Below, one piece after another: positions 48,912 to 59,433 of a DNA stretch of 64,000 nt. The notes below the pieces were generated by a model that saw only the letters and a program-made list of their open reading frames with translations, was not told the origin of the DNA and did no database searches. Origin of the DNA: Trueperaceae bacterium (lineage in GTDB: Bacteria > Deinococcota > Deinococci > Deinococcales > Trueperaceae); contig OZ243913.1 of the NCBI GenBank assembly GCA_965213705.1, positions 608,001 through 672,000 of the forward strand, given 5' to 3'. Within the stretch, counting starts at the first letter, position 1, and every line of letters starts with the position of its first letter. A program made the position numbers and the translations under genes.

Positions 48912-50252
48912 TCAGGTTTCCGTCCAACCCTGCTTCGCCGCGTACCGCCTCAACACCCGCTCCGCCTCCGCCCTATTGGTCACGTCCCCCACCGCCTCGG
49001 CCTCTTTCAGAAAGCGCACCGCCTCACCGACGCGCGGGCCTTCGGTCAAACCCAGCAGCGCCATCACCTCGCGGCCGCTCAAGAGGGGCGGGGACGGGGG
49101 CGGCGTCGCCTCCAACATCTCGACAATACGCGCCAGCGCCAAGCGGTAGCTCTGCCGGCTCGCCTCGGAAGACATGGGTCCCCGCGCCGCCTCGCGGTCG
49201 GCAATCATAATTCGCAGCAGGTCGGGCAACAGCTCGCGGCGGCGGTGGACGAATCTCCGGGCGGCTTTTTGCGTTTTGGGCAACTGCACCATGTGGTAGC
49301 GCACGAGTCCGGCGGCGTGTTTGACGAGAGCCGCGGGCTGCCGCAGGCGGGTGAGGACGTTTTTGGTCATTTCGGCCCCGAGTTGGTCGTGGCCGTAAAA
49401 GTGGTAGTAAGCGCCGGTCTCGTCGTAGGTTTTGGTATCCGGTTTGCCGACGTCGTGGAGCAGCGTCGCCCAGCGCAAGCCGAGACCGGCGTCGGGGAAA
49501 CCTTGCACGAGTTGGTTTAAGGCTTCAAGCGAGTGGCCCAACACGTCCAAATGGTGATAGCCGCCCTGCGTTACCCCGTCGGTTTTAGCCAGTTCGGGCA
49601 GGTACAGCTCGAGCAGCCCCACTTCACGCAGGGTCTGAAACCCGTATCCGGCCCGCGGGGATGAGATGATTTTGTCGAGTTCGTCGCGGACGCGTTCAAG
49701 CGCTGGCAGAGCGAGGTCTCCGGCAAGTTGCGCGCGGACGCACGCCTCGAGCGCCACCCTGGTCTCCCGTTCCAACTTGAAACCCAGCTCGGTCCCCAGC
49801 CGCACGCCGCGCAGGGCGCGGAGCGGGTCGTTCTGAAAGGCGTTCGGACTTACCATCCTCAAACGTTTGCGCCGCAGGTCGGCCCGGCCGCCGAGCGGGT
49901 CGTGCAAGGTGCCGTCCGCAGTGGCTGCGAGGGCGTTGACGGTAAAGTCCCGCCCGCGCAGGTTGGTTTCCAAGTCGCTGTCCAAGCGGATGTAGTCCCG
50001 TACCTCTTCGCCGTCCTCCCCACTCACCACGCGCCAGTGGCCGCGCGCCACGTCGAGCGGAAACACGCTTCCTTGCAGAGTTTCCGCCGCCGCTCGAGCC
50101 GCCCGTTCGGGGTCGGGAACGAGCCAGTCTAAGTCGTTGAAAGTGCGGCCCAAAAGCGCGTCGCGCAGCGCGCCGCCCACCAGCACGCCACCCGCGGGAA
50201 GCGGCGTAAACTGAGCCATGTCGACACGGTCATTCGTCAAGCGTTTGAACAT
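48912..50252 (-). CDS. CCA-adding/poly(A) polymerase family nucleotidyltransferase with HD domain
   Basis: VGGALRD...DLD, RDFTVNA, DPLRALR and LLHDVGKP motifs; start near 50252 or 50219. Confidence 0.93.
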   Translation of the reverse strand: MFKRLTNDRVDMAQFTPLPAGGVLVGGALRDALLGRTFNDLDWLVPDPERAARAAAETLQGSVFPLDVARGHWRVVSGEDGEEVRDYIRLDSDLETNLRGRDFTVNALAATADGTLHDPLGGRADLRRKRLRMVSPNAFQNDPLRALRGVRLGTELGFKLERETRVALEACVRAQLAGDLALPALERVRDELDKIISSPRAGYGFQTLREVGLLELYLPELAKTDGVTQGGYHHLDVLGHSLEALNQLVQGFPDAGLGLRWATLLHDVGKPDTKTYDETGAYYHFYGHDQLGAEMTKNVLTRLRQPAALVKHAAGLVRYHMVQLPKTQKAARRFVHRRRELLPDLLRIMIADREAARGPMSSEASRQSYRLALARIVEMLEATPPPSPPLLSGREVMALLGLTEGPRVGEAVRFLKEAEAVGDVTNRAEAERVLRRYAAKQGWTET

Positions 50253-50285
50253 CACGCCTCCCAGTATAAAAACCCCGAGGGTTTT

Positions 50286-50915
50286 GTGACGCTCGGGCGC
50301 AAACTCGAGGGGCGCAAACCCAAACGTGTCGGGTTGACAGGCAACATCGGCTCGGGCAAGTCGACCGTGGCCGCGCTGCTGGTAGAAAAGGGCGCGGCGC
50401 TTATCGACGCCGACGCGCTCGCCCGTACAGCGACCCAGGACCCGGACGTGCTGACCGCGATAGGCGAGCGGTTGGGCGCAGACCTCGTTGTCGACGGGCA
50501 ACTGGACCGCGCCGCAACCGCCGCTCGAGTCTTTAACGACGAGGACGCCCGCATCGTCCTTAACGGCATCATCCATCCCTGGGTGCGTCAAAGAAGCGAC
50601 GAGCGGGTAACGGCTTTGTCGAACCAAGCCGAGCCGCCCGAAGTTATCCTGCTCGACATCCCGCTGCTTTACGAAAACGGCCTCGAGACCGGCCTGGACG
50701 CCGTCATCGTGGTGAGCGCGACCCTCGAGGAGCGCGTAAAGCGCGTCGCCGCGCGCAGCGGTTTGAGCGAAAGCGACGTACAGGCCAGGGACCGCGCGCA
50801 AATGCCGCTGGAAGAAAAAGTTGAGCGCGCCGACTTCGTCGTCGACAACGACGGTAATCCGGACGCGCTCGCGCCGCAACTGGACGCGCTGTGGACGAAG
50901 CTGGTGCTCGAGTAG
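50286..50915 (+). CDS. coaE: dephospho-CoA kinase
   Basis: GLTGNIGSGKSTV, DAD, IHP and DIPLLYE motifs. Confidence 0.96.
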   Translation: MTLGRKLEGRKPKRVGLTGNIGSGKSTVAALLVEKGAALIDADALARTATQDPDVLTAIGERLGADLVVDGQLDRAATAARVFNDEDARIVLNGIIHPWVRQRSDERVTALSNQAEPPEVILLDIPLLYENGLETGLDAVIVVSATLEERVKRVAARSGLSESDVQARDRAQMPLEEKVERADFVVDNDGNPDALAPQLDALWTKLVLE

Positions 50916-50921
50916 AAAACG

Positions 50922-50960
50922 TTTACTTTCTACTTTTCACTCGGTCCTCGGTACTCTTTT
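50922..50960 (+). repeat. heptamer-built intergenic repeat, copy 3
   Basis: TTTACTTTCTACTTTTCACTCGGTCCTCGGTACTCTTTT between convergent genes. Confidence 0.8.
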
Positions 50961-52730
50961 TTACCAATCCACCTGCGTCTCGCCGTGACTGCGTATGGCA
51001 CCGTCACGCGTCTCGGTGTAAGCCGTGCTGAAGCCGAGGCGTTCGGCGACGAAACTCAGGAAGGTCTCGAGCTTGCCGGTCGCCTCGTCTACCGCGTCGA
51101 AGTCCAGGTTGGCCGCGCCGGTCAAACCCGCCGTGGCGCGCAGTTGCTCGGTGACCTGCTGCGCCGTGCTGGCGAGGGTCGCGCCGCCGTCGCTCACGCT
51201 CAAGCTGCTCGCGTCCGCGGGGGCCGTGGCGACGAGTTGCTGGAACCCGTCACCGTCTTGCAACGACGCGCCGCCCGCCCTGGCGGTAAGGACGGCCGTG
51301 AGCGCGTCTTCCGACGTCGCTATAAACGCGTACCCGTCCGCGACTGCGTAACTTAAAGAGATGTTGCCGGTTACGTTGTAGGTCGTCACGTTCACGCCCG
51401 CAACGTCTTGGGTGAGCGTTTCGGCGTTGCCCGCACCGCCGCTGGGGTCGGCGAAACTCGCCACGGTTGAACTCAGGTTTTGCAGCAGGGTTGCCAAGCC
51501 CGTTTGGGCGGCGGCCTCGTCGTCGGTCGCAATCAGGTAAACCGTGTTGCCGAGGAGGTTGCTGCTCGGCACGCCCGCCTGGGTGACCTCGCCGACCTCG
51601 GTGGTTACGCTTGTAACGCCGCTGCCGGCCCAGTTTAGAAAAGTGCCGCGCAGGTCCAACCCGAAGAAAGTTTGCAGCAAACCGTCCAGGCTGCCGCCGA
51701 GTTCGGGCGTGCTCGCGACGAGTCCGTCGAGGTAGTCCCACCAAGCCGACAGGTCCGTGTTACTGCTGCTCCAACTCAGCGCGCTCGCCGGGACGAGGGC
51801 GGCGGTGGCCGTGTCGGCGTTGGTCGGGGCGGTAAGCAACGCGTACAGTTCGGCGTCGCCACCGTTCGCGTCGGGGACTTGCAAGCCGTCGCTCTCGAGC
51901 CCGGCGTCGGTAAAACGCACCGCGCCGCTGCTCACCCCGGCGGTGCGCAGAGCTTGCGCCAAACGCGCCACGAGCTGGTCGAACCCCAAGCTTTGCGCGT
52001 AGGGCGCAAGCGTGTCGGCGACCTGCGCGTAGTCCAGGTAAGCGTAAAAGTTGCCCGCCTCCACACCACCCAAGGCCGCGCGATAGCCCGCGCTCCGGGT
52101 GAAGTTGGGGTCTTGCGAACCGCCGAGCTGCCGCAGCGCCCCGCGCAGGGTGTCGGGGTTGGTGCTCAGCAGCAACACGTCGTCCACTTGGGCGTAAGCG
52201 ACGGCCTGCACGAGCGCGCCGTCTCCCTCCAAGGCTTCTTGGTAAAACGTGTAGTCGCCCTCGTTGAGGGTTTGCACGCCCGTTTTTGAGGTTTCTTCGT
52301 TCAAGGCTGCGGCGACCTGTGCCGAGGCCTCGGGGCTGAGGCGCGCCAGCAGCGTCAACGCGGGCAGCGGGTTGACGCTCGAGACCGACAGCGCTATGAG
52401 AGCGTCTTGCCCGACGAGGTCGAGGCTGTTGAGGCCGGCAAAGCGCGTGCTCAAAGCTTCCGTCAGGGGAGCTGTCGCCTCGCCTTCGGAGGCGGGAAAA
52501 AGCCGCGTGAGCGCCGCGCCCAGGTCCAAACGCTCGAACTCGTCGATAAAGGGTTGCAGCTTGGCGGTCTGGTCGGCCAAGTCCTGCGTGCCGAGGGCCA
52601 AAAAGGTTTCCGCCGGCAGCAGGTCGGCGAGCGACTGCACAGATGTTTGAGCGAGGGCGGCGGAAACGGCGAAAAGGGCGGTCAGCGTTGTGAGCAGTTT
52701 TTTGAGGCTTTTGTTGGGCATGGTCTCCAC
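50961..52730 (-). CDS. secreted hypothetical protein (DUF3352-like)
   Basis: Signal peptide ending ALA-Q; two internal repeats starting LLPAET and LVPASA. Confidence 0.75.
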   Translation of the reverse strand: METMPNKSLKKLLTTLTALFAVSAALAQTSVQSLADLLPAETFLALGTQDLADQTAKLQPFIDEFERLDLGAALTRLFPASEGEATAPLTEALSTRFAGLNSLDLVGQDALIALSVSSVNPLPALTLLARLSPEASAQVAAALNEETSKTGVQTLNEGDYTFYQEALEGDGALVQAVAYAQVDDVLLLSTNPDTLRGALRQLGGSQDPNFTRSAGYRAALGGVEAGNFYAYLDYAQVADTLAPYAQSLGFDQLVARLAQALRTAGVSSGAVRFTDAGLESDGLQVPDANGGDAELYALLTAPTNADTATAALVPASALSWSSSNTDLSAWWDYLDGLVASTPELGGSLDGLLQTFFGLDLRGTFLNWAGSGVTSVTTEVGEVTQAGVPSSNLLGNTVYLIATDDEAAAQTGLATLLQNLSSTVASFADPSGGAGNAETLTQDVAGVNVTTYNVTGNISLSYAVADGYAFIATSEDALTAVLTARAGGASLQDGDGFQQLVATAPADASSLSVSDGGATLASTAQQVTEQLRATAGLTGAANLDFDAVDEATGKLETFLSFVAERLGFSTAYTETRDGAIRSHGETQVDW

Positions 52731-52993
52731 CTTACATGTTTCGGCAGTGAGAAAGCTTCATACTTTTGTCAGCTCGTGTTAACGCTCTGGTGCGGATGCC
52801 GACAACACACTGAACAAATTCACAAGAGGGTTTTTCGCTCCTTTTCAATATCCGTGTCTTCTTCCCGTCCTGCTCGGGTCAATCCTTTTAAAATTAATCA
52901 AAAACGGCACAAGAGAGACGCGTGGGGAAGGAACGGTTGAGTTCGGCCCAGGGTTCGCAGCCGTGTAGGCTCCGAACCTCGTGTGCGGCGCTC

Positions 52994-55027
52994 CTATTTC
53001 AGCAAACGCCGCGCCGTCTTGGCGATGTTTTCGGCGGTAAAGCCGAACTTTTCCATCACCTCGTCGCCCTCGGCGGACGCGCCGAAGCGGTCCAACCCGA
53101 TGACGGCACCCTCCAAACCGACGTACTTGTACCAGCCCTGCGTCGCCCCGGCCTCGACCGCGACCCGCGCCGTGACGTGGTGCGGCAACACGCGCTCCTT
53201 GTACTCGGCATTCTGTTTTTCAAACAGCTCGAAGCTCGGCATACTCACCACTTTGGCCTTGACGCCGGAGGCGTCCAAGCGCTCTTTGGCTTCCAAGCAC
53301 TTGTACACTTCCGAACCCGTCCCAATGAGAATCACGTCGGGCGCGCCGTCGGCGTCGGCGACGATATAGGCGCCCTTTTCGACGCTGCCGGCGGGAACTT
53401 TCAGGACGGGTAGGTTCTGGCGACTGAACACTAGGGCGGTCGGCCCCTTGTCGTTTTTCAATGCAGCTACCCAGGCCTGCGCGGTCTCGTTGGCGTCGGC
53501 GGGGCGGATGAGGGTTAGGTTGGGAATCGCTCGCAGCGCCATGAGCGCGGCGACGGGTTGGTGCGTCGGGCCGTCGCCGCCGAGCCCGATGGAGTCGTGC
53601 GTGAACACGTACACGACCGGCGCGTCCATGAGCGCGCCCAAACGCAAACTCGGGCGTAAGTAGTCCGAGAAGATGAGAAAGGTGCCGATGAAGGGCCGCA
53701 GGCCGCCGTGCATCACCATCCCGTTCGCCGTCGCCGCCATCGCGTGCTCTCGCACCCCGTAGTAAAGGTTGCGCGCCCCGTAGTTGCCGCGTTGCACAAC
53801 GCCGCCGTCGTCGATGTCGGTCTTGGTCGAGCCGGACAGGTCGGCGGAGCCGCCTATCATTTCGGGGACGTGACGAGCAAGGGCGTTCAAAACCTTGTTG
53901 GAAGCGTTGCGGGTGGCGATTTCCTTGCCCTGTTCGAAGCTCGGCAGGTCGCTGGCAAAACCTTCCGGGAGTTTGAAGGCCTGGGTGCGCTCGAGTTCCG
54001 CCGCCAACTCCGGGAACGCTTTTTTGTAACCCTCGTAAAGCTCGTTCCACGCGCGCTCAGTTTGTTCGCCGCGCTCGACGACGCCTTGAAAGTGCTCCGT
54101 CACGTCGTCCGGCACGGTAAAGGCGGGCCAGTCTATGCCGAGGTTTTCCTTAGCCTTTTTCGCGCCCTCGTCGCCGAGCGGCGAGCCGTGGACTTCCGAG
54201 GTGTTCTCGTCGGGCGCGCCGTAGCCGATGATGGTCCGCACCGCGATGATACTTGGCCGGTCAGTGACGGTTTGCGCGTTCTTCACAGCCTTTTCTATGG
54301 CCTCGACGTTGTTGCCCATCTCGACCCGGTCGGTGTGCCAGCCGTAAGCCTCGTAGCGCTGCAACACGTCTTCGCTAAAAGACACCTCGGCGGCAGCGTC
54401 TAAGGTGATGCGGTTGTCGTCGTAAAGCACGATGAGTTTGCCCAAACCCAAGTGTCCGGCGAGCGAGCCCGCCTCCGCCGTCACGCCCTCCATGACGTCG
54501 CCGTCGGACGCGATGACGTAGGTATAGTGGTCGATGATTTTGTAGTCCGGGCGGTTGTAGGTGGCGGCCAGGTGTTCTTCGGCCAGCGCGAAGCCGACCG
54601 CCGTGGCGAGGCCCTGCCCCAGCGGCCCCGTCGTCATTTCGATGCCGGGCGTGAGGTGAACCTCGGGGTGGCCGGGCGTTTTGCTCTCCCACTGGCGGTA
54701 GTTCTCTAGCTCCTTCATCGGCATGTCGTAGCCGGTTAAGTGCAGCAAGCTGTACTGGAGCATCGAGCCGTGGCCCGCCGACTGGATGTAGCGGTCGCGG
54801 TCCCACCAGGCATGGTTTTTGGGGTTGTGCTTCATGACGCGCGCGTAGAGGACGTAGCCCATCTCCGCCGCCCCCAGCGGCATTCCGGGGTGGCCCGAGC
54901 CCGCAGCTTGCGTCGCGTCGATGGTGAGCGCGCGAATCGTGTTGACCGCGCGGGTGACGGTTGCCGGGGTGTTCGCTTGGCCCTTGGTGTCGGGCAGGGT
55001 GTCCGCCTTGGTTTGAACGTCTGCCAT
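52994..55027 (-). CDS. tkt: transketolase
   Basis: [22 protein letters not shown] and DGPTHQP motifs. Confidence 0.98.
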   Translation of the reverse strand: MADVQTKADTLPDTKGQANTPATVTRAVNTIRALTIDATQAAGSGHPGMPLGAAEMGYVLYARVMKHNPKNHAWWDRDRYIQSAGHGSMLQYSLLHLTGYDMPMKELENYRQWESKTPGHPEVHLTPGIEMTTGPLGQGLATAVGFALAEEHLAATYNRPDYKIIDHYTYVIASDGDVMEGVTAEAGSLAGHLGLGKLIVLYDDNRITLDAAAEVSFSEDVLQRYEAYGWHTDRVEMGNNVEAIEKAVKNAQTVTDRPSIIAVRTIIGYGAPDENTSEVHGSPLGDEGAKKAKENLGIDWPAFTVPDDVTEHFQGVVERGEQTERAWNELYEGYKKAFPELAAELERTQAFKLPEGFASDLPSFEQGKEIATRNASNKVLNALARHVPEMIGGSADLSGSTKTDIDDGGVVQRGNYGARNLYYGVREHAMAATANGMVMHGGLRPFIGTFLIFSDYLRPSLRLGALMDAPVVYVFTHDSIGLGGDGPTHQPVAALMALRAIPNLTLIRPADANETAQAWVAALKNDKGPTALVFSRQNLPVLKVPAGSVEKGAYIVADADGAPDVILIGTGSEVYKCLEAKERLDASGVKAKVVSMPSFELFEKQNAEYKERVLPHHVTARVAVEAGATQGWYKYVGLEGAVIGLDRFGASAEGDEVMEKFGFTAENIAKTARRLLK

Positions 55028-55103
55028 AAGTCCTCCCTCGTCTCTGCCAGTATTGTGACACGCCGCCACTCTCAAAGATGCTTGCCCACACCGCTATCAA
55101 AAC

Positions 55104-55871
55104 CTAAGTCTTTTTCGCCACGAGCAGCACCGTCCGGTAAAGGCGCGTGACCAAACCGCCAAAAGCGTCTATGGTTTCAGCTATTTCTTCGTTGAAACTT
55201 TCTCGCACTCGTGGGGCCAGCGCAACGTGCGGCGAAAAGGTACTGAGCAGCTTGATGAAATCCGCTTTGCTGTAGCTTTGTTCCCACTCGAGCTTGTACA
55301 CCGCCGGTTCGCTGAACAGCGGGCTCGCGACGAGCGCCGCACGGTACGTTTCGAACGACGACGGCGGCTTGGGGCGCTCGGGGTCGTCGGGCAGGTACTT
55401 TTCGAAAAGGGGCGTGGTCGCTTTGTAAAACGCCGTGTCCTGCGACCGGTCAAGCTGCCACAGCAGGGCGAGGCTGCCCCCTTCCTTGAGCACCGCCGCA
55501 CACTTGGCGAGGCCGTATTCGACCCGTATCCAGTGAAACGCCTGCGCCGAGACGACCAGGTCGAAAGCGGTTTCTTCCGTTTGCCAGTCCTCGAAAGCAG
55601 TGGTTAGAATGGTCGCCTTTGGAAAGTTGCTAAGGTTCCGCCGCGCTACGGCGGCGAGGTTGGGGCCAAGCTCGAGGCCCAACAACTCAAACCCCCGCTC
55701 CGCCAGGGGCCGGGTGAGTTGCCCGGTGCCGGGGCCGACTTCCAAAATGCGTCCGCCCTCGGGCAAACGGGCAAGCTCGAGCAGCGCGTCGAGCACGGCG
55801 GCCGGGTAGCTGGGGCGCACCTCGTCGTACAACTCGGCAACCTCGTCAAAGGTGGCGCGGTAGTCGGTCAC
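55104..55871 (-). CDS. class I SAM-dependent methyltransferase
   Basis: LEVGPGTG and AQAFHW motifs. Confidence 0.92.
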   Translation of the reverse strand: MTDYRATFDEVAELYDEVRPSYPAAVLDALLELARLPEGGRILEVGPGTGQLTRPLAERGFELLGLELGPNLAAVARRNLSNFPKATILTTAFEDWQTEETAFDLVVSAQAFHWIRVEYGLAKCAAVLKEGGSLALLWQLDRSQDTAFYKATTPLFEKYLPDDPERPKPPSSFETYRAALVASPLFSEPAVYKLEWEQSYSKADFIKLLSTFSPHVALAPRVRESFNEEIAETIDAFGGLVTRLYRTVLLVAKKT

Positions 55872-56347
55872 GACGGCGCGTAGGCTTTTTGCCGGCGGCG
55901 CAGCAACATCGCTTCGCGCACGGCCTGGGCGACCTCGAAGTGGTGCTGTTCCAACGGCGTGTCGACCGCGAGCGCGGGCACCGGCGTCGGCTTGCCGTCC
56001 GCGCCGATGGCGACGAAGTTGAGGTGGCCGATGGTGCAGAGCCGCCGCTCACCCGAAAGCGGGTTTTCGCCGTGAACCTCGCAGCGGACAATCATGCTCG
56101 TCTTGCCGGTCCAGGCGACGCGGCTTTTGAGTTCGACAATCTCGCCCACGTAAATCGGATTGCGAAAGTCGACCGGCTCGGTCGAGGCGGTCACGACCGC
56201 GTGCCGGCAGAACCTCTGGCAAGCAATCGAGGCGTTGATGTCCATGAGTTCCAGCACCCGCCCCCCGAAGAGCGTCCCGAGCGGGTTGGCGTGGTTGGGG
56301 AAAACGATGTCGAGGGTGACGGCCCAGTCGGTAGCGGCTGCCGGCAT
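55868..56347 (-). CDS. acyl-CoA thioesterase (YciA-like hotdog fold)
   Basis: FPNHANPLGTLFGG and GKTSM motifs. Confidence 0.93.
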   Translation of the reverse strand: MPAAATDWAVTLDIVFPNHANPLGTLFGGRVLELMDINASIACQRFCRHAVVTASTEPVDFRNPIYVGEIVELKSRVAWTGKTSMIVRCEVHGENPLSGERRLCTIGHLNFVAIGADGKPTPVPALAVDTPLEQHHFEVAQAVREAMLLRRRQKAYAPS

Positions 56348-56549
56348 GGGCGTCAGAGGCCCGCGCCCACGCGGAGGTCGGCGACGCGGCCGAACAGGTC
56401 GGGCGGGTTTGTCTCGAAGCTCGAGTACGGCATAAAGCCAAGTTTAACCCTGCCGAGCCAGCGCCTTTGGGCGGCGTCCAAACATGTCGAAAATTCCCCA
56501 ACCCTCGAGCCTGCGGTTTTCTAAACTCACAGGATACTTTTTCTGGAGG

Positions 56550-58637
56550 ATGACCAATAACGTGACGCGCAAACTCGATTCCCGCTTCTTTTTGTGTGCC
56601 TTGGTGCTGTCCTTGACAGCTTTGCTAGGTGCCTGCGGCCAGTCCCAAAAGCCGGACGCCGCGGCCGGACCCGAACTGCTCGTGTTGCTGGGCGACCAGA
56701 CCCGCACGGTCACCGGCGACAGCGTCGTCGTGGTGGGCGCGGTGGGCGACGCGAACCTCAAAAGCCTCGGCTACAGCTTGAATGGGGGCGAGGTTCAAGA
56801 CGCCCTGAACGCCCTGAACGAGAAGAGTTTTCGGCTTACCGTGACCGGCTTGAAGTTGGGCGAAAACACCGTCGTGGTGACGGTTGCCGACAAGACCGGG
56901 GCCACGGCGAGCGCGTCGCTTGCAGTCGAGGTGACGTCTGCAAACCCCAACTTCCCGAAGCTCGAGGGCTCCTGGTCCGACGCCGCGGTGACGACGAGCC
57001 TGTGCGGCCAAACCGACGCCGTGACGGTGACGCTGTCGTTCGACGCGTCCAGGGCCGACGGGCTCGTGGTCGGTTTGTGGCAGGTGGTGAGCAGCGGCTA
57101 CGGCGGCCAGAGCGCGGGCTCGTTCGCGGGCACCGTGACTGCGGCGGGCAAGTTGACGGGTGTGGCGACGCTCGTTTTGGGTCAACAACCGGCCCGTTAC
57201 AACTTCGACTTCAGCGTCAGCGCCGAAAAGATTGCGGGCACCCTGACGTCCCAAGAAAACCTCGGCTGTGACAACGGCCAGCGCCAAAGCTCGAGCCTGA
57301 CGGTCACGCTCGTCCCACTCCAAGACGACGCCTTCGAACCGAACGATACGCCCGAAAAAGCGACCCAGGTCGGGTTGGACTTTGCGGCGACGCTTGAGTT
57401 GTTGGGCGGTGACGCGGACTGGTTTACCTTTACGCTGAGCGAAGCCAAACTCATGACCTTTGCGCTCAGCGGTTCGGCCAATCCCTACGCCCCGCTCGAC
57501 CTGCGCCTGCTGGACGCGTCTCTGTCGGTTCTTTTCAACACCGCGTCGTACGACGCGACCGCGTTGCAAACGGGGCTGACGGCGGGTACTTACTACGTCT
57601 CCGTGACCTCCGGGTCTTTGGCTCACCAAAGCTACAGCCTGAAGTTTACAAACGCAGCCTTGCCGGACGCTTCCTCCGAACCGAACGACACCTCGGCGCA
57701 GGCCGGCAAAGTAACCTTGCCGTTCTCGGGTGACTTTTACCTGACGCCTGGGGACGAGGACTGGTTCACCTTTACCTTGAACAAAACCCAACTCGTCACC
57801 TTGTACTTGGGCGACAATTCTTACAACCTCGAGTACGAGTTTTTGAAGGGTAACTTGACGAGCGTGAGCAGCGGCTACTACTACGGCGGCGCTGTGACCC
57901 GGTCGCTCGGGGCGGGCAGCTACTTTTTACGGGTGCGCTCACCTTTCGGTCAAACCCAAGCCTACCCCCTGACCTTGAGCACCGCGCCGCTGCCCGACGC
58001 GGAGTTTGAACCCAACGACACCTTCAACACCCCGAGCAAGGTAAGTTTGCCCTTCTCCGGCGACTTTTTTATCGACCCGCGAGACGAGGACTGGTTTGAA
58101 TTCACCTTGGGCAGCGAACAGCTCGTCACTTTCAGGACTATCGACCAGGTGAATTTACAAGCCACGCTTTTCAAGAGCAGCGGTGCCGACCCGCAAGACT
58201 TCTACCTCGGCGCAAACGGCGCGCTCGCCCTGTTGGGGGCGGGTACTTACCGGCTCAAGCTGTTCGCCGGCGAAGCTTTCGCCTACTCGCTCGCCATCAC
58301 CAAAGAAACGTCTGCGGACAAAACCTTTGAGCCCAACGACACGCGCGCCACGGCTACGCCCGTCACCCTGAACTTTGCCAAAACAAAGTTGCTTACAAGC
58401 TACCAGGACCCGGACTGGTTTACCTTTACCCTGAGCCAGGGCAAGGAGGTCGCGTTCGACCTGAGCACCGCGTCGGGCAACGCCTGGGGGTCGCTCTACA
58501 AAGGAACCGACGAGTCCTACCTGGACAACGTCTACCCCAACAGTCCCCGCTCCTACGTGCTGACGGCGGGAACTTACTACCTCAACGTGTACGGCGACAC
58601 TCTCACCAAGTACGACCTCACGATAAACGCGCCCTAA
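56550..58637 (+). CDS. large lipoprotein: Ig-like domain plus four PPC-like repeats
   Basis: Lipobox LLGAC; four copies of D-x2-3-EPNDT...DxDWFxFTL. Confidence 0.85.
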   Translation: MTNNVTRKLDSRFFLCALVLSLTALLGACGQSQKPDAAAGPELLVLLGDQTRTVTGDSVVVVGAVGDANLKSLGYSLNGGEVQDALNALNEKSFRLTVTGLKLGENTVVVTVADKTGATASASLAVEVTSANPNFPKLEGSWSDAAVTTSLCGQTDAVTVTLSFDASRADGLVVGLWQVVSSGYGGQSAGSFAGTVTAAGKLTGVATLVLGQQPARYNFDFSVSAEKIAGTLTSQENLGCDNGQRQSSSLTVTLVPLQDDAFEPNDTPEKATQVGLDFAATLELLGGDADWFTFTLSEAKLMTFALSGSANPYAPLDLRLLDASLSVLFNTASYDATALQTGLTAGTYYVSVTSGSLAHQSYSLKFTNAALPDASSEPNDTSAQAGKVTLPFSGDFYLTPGDEDWFTFTLNKTQLVTLYLGDNSYNLEYEFLKGNLTSVSSGYYYGGAVTRSLGAGSYFLRVRSPFGQTQAYPLTLSTAPLPDAEFEPNDTFNTPSKVSLPFSGDFFIDPRDEDWFEFTLGSEQLVTFRTIDQVNLQATLFKSSGADPQDFYLGANGALALLGAGTYRLKLFAGEAFAYSLAITKETSADKTFEPNDTRATATPVTLNFAKTKLLTSYQDPDWFTFTLSQGKEVAFDLSTASGNAWGSLYKGTDESYLDNVYPNSPRSYVLTAGTYYLNVYGDTLTKYDLTINAP

Positions 58638-58775
58638 ACTCAACCCGGATGGTTTACGAAAGACGCCGCGCGGCGTCGTGGCTGAACCGAGTCGAGCAAA
58701 GCGAGCTTGGGAGCGCCGGCACGACGCCCCCGACGGGTTGGGTATACTGGGTCTCGCAACTTTTCGGGAGGACAC

Positions 58776-59360
58776 ATGACGAGACCGTTACACACGCCTT
58801 TGGCCCACCGCCTGCTGCCCGGAGTCAGCCCGGTGCTCCGGGCCCTTTTGCAAATTGTCGGCGGCGTCGCGCTGCTTGCGCTGCTCGCACAAGTCCGCGT
58901 CCAAGTCGGGCCGGTGCCCCTGACCGGACAGACTTTGGGCGTGCTGCTGGTCGGGGCGGCTTACGGTACCCGCCTCGGCACGACGACCCTGGCAACCTAC
59001 CTTCTGGTGGGCGCTTTGGGTTTGCCCGTTTTTCAGGGTGCCGCGTCGGGTTGGGCTTACATGTTGGGCGGCACGGGCGGTTACCTGCTCGGCTTTGTGC
59101 TGGCTGCCGCGCTGGTAGGGTACCTGGCTGAACGCGGTTGGGACCGGCAGTTCGGGCTTGCAGCGCTCGCCATGCTGCTGGGCAACGTGCTCATCTACGT
59201 GCCCGGCCTGTTGTGGTTGAGCCGTTTCGCACCCGACTGGGCGACGACGCTGCAGTGGGGCCTGACCCCTTTCGTCGTGGGCGACCTGCTCAAGCTCGTC
59301 ATTGCCGCAGGTCTGCTGCCAACGGCCTGGAAACTGTTGGGAAGCGAAAAGGGTCGCTAA
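58776..59360 (+). CDS. bioY: biotin transporter BioY
   Basis: PVPLTGQT, GLPVF, TGGYLLGF and PFVVGD motifs. Confidence 0.95.
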   Translation: MTRPLHTPLAHRLLPGVSPVLRALLQIVGGVALLALLAQVRVQVGPVPLTGQTLGVLLVGAAYGTRLGTTTLATYLLVGALGLPVFQGAASGWAYMLGGTGGYLLGFVLAAALVGYLAERGWDRQFGLAALAMLLGNVLIYVPGLLWLSRFAPDWATTLQWGLTPFVVGDLLKLVIAAGLLPTAWKLLGSEKGR

Positions 59361-59376
59361 ACCGAGCACCCATTTT

Positions 59377-59422
59377 TACCAAAAAGGCCGACGTTTGGTA
59401 CCAAATGTCGGCCTTTTTGGTA
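59377..59422. terminator. bidirectional terminator (46-bp near-perfect palindrome)
   Basis: TACCAAAAAGGCCGACGTTTGGTACCAAATGTCGGCCTTTTTGGTA between convergent genes. Confidence 0.85.
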
Positions 59423-59433
59423 CAGCTCAACTT

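Noticed and set aside
50253..50879. Apparent 200-aa N-terminal extension of the nucleotidyltransferase
   Set aside because: It is antisense to coaE; the real start is near 50252, where a -10 box and SD lie.
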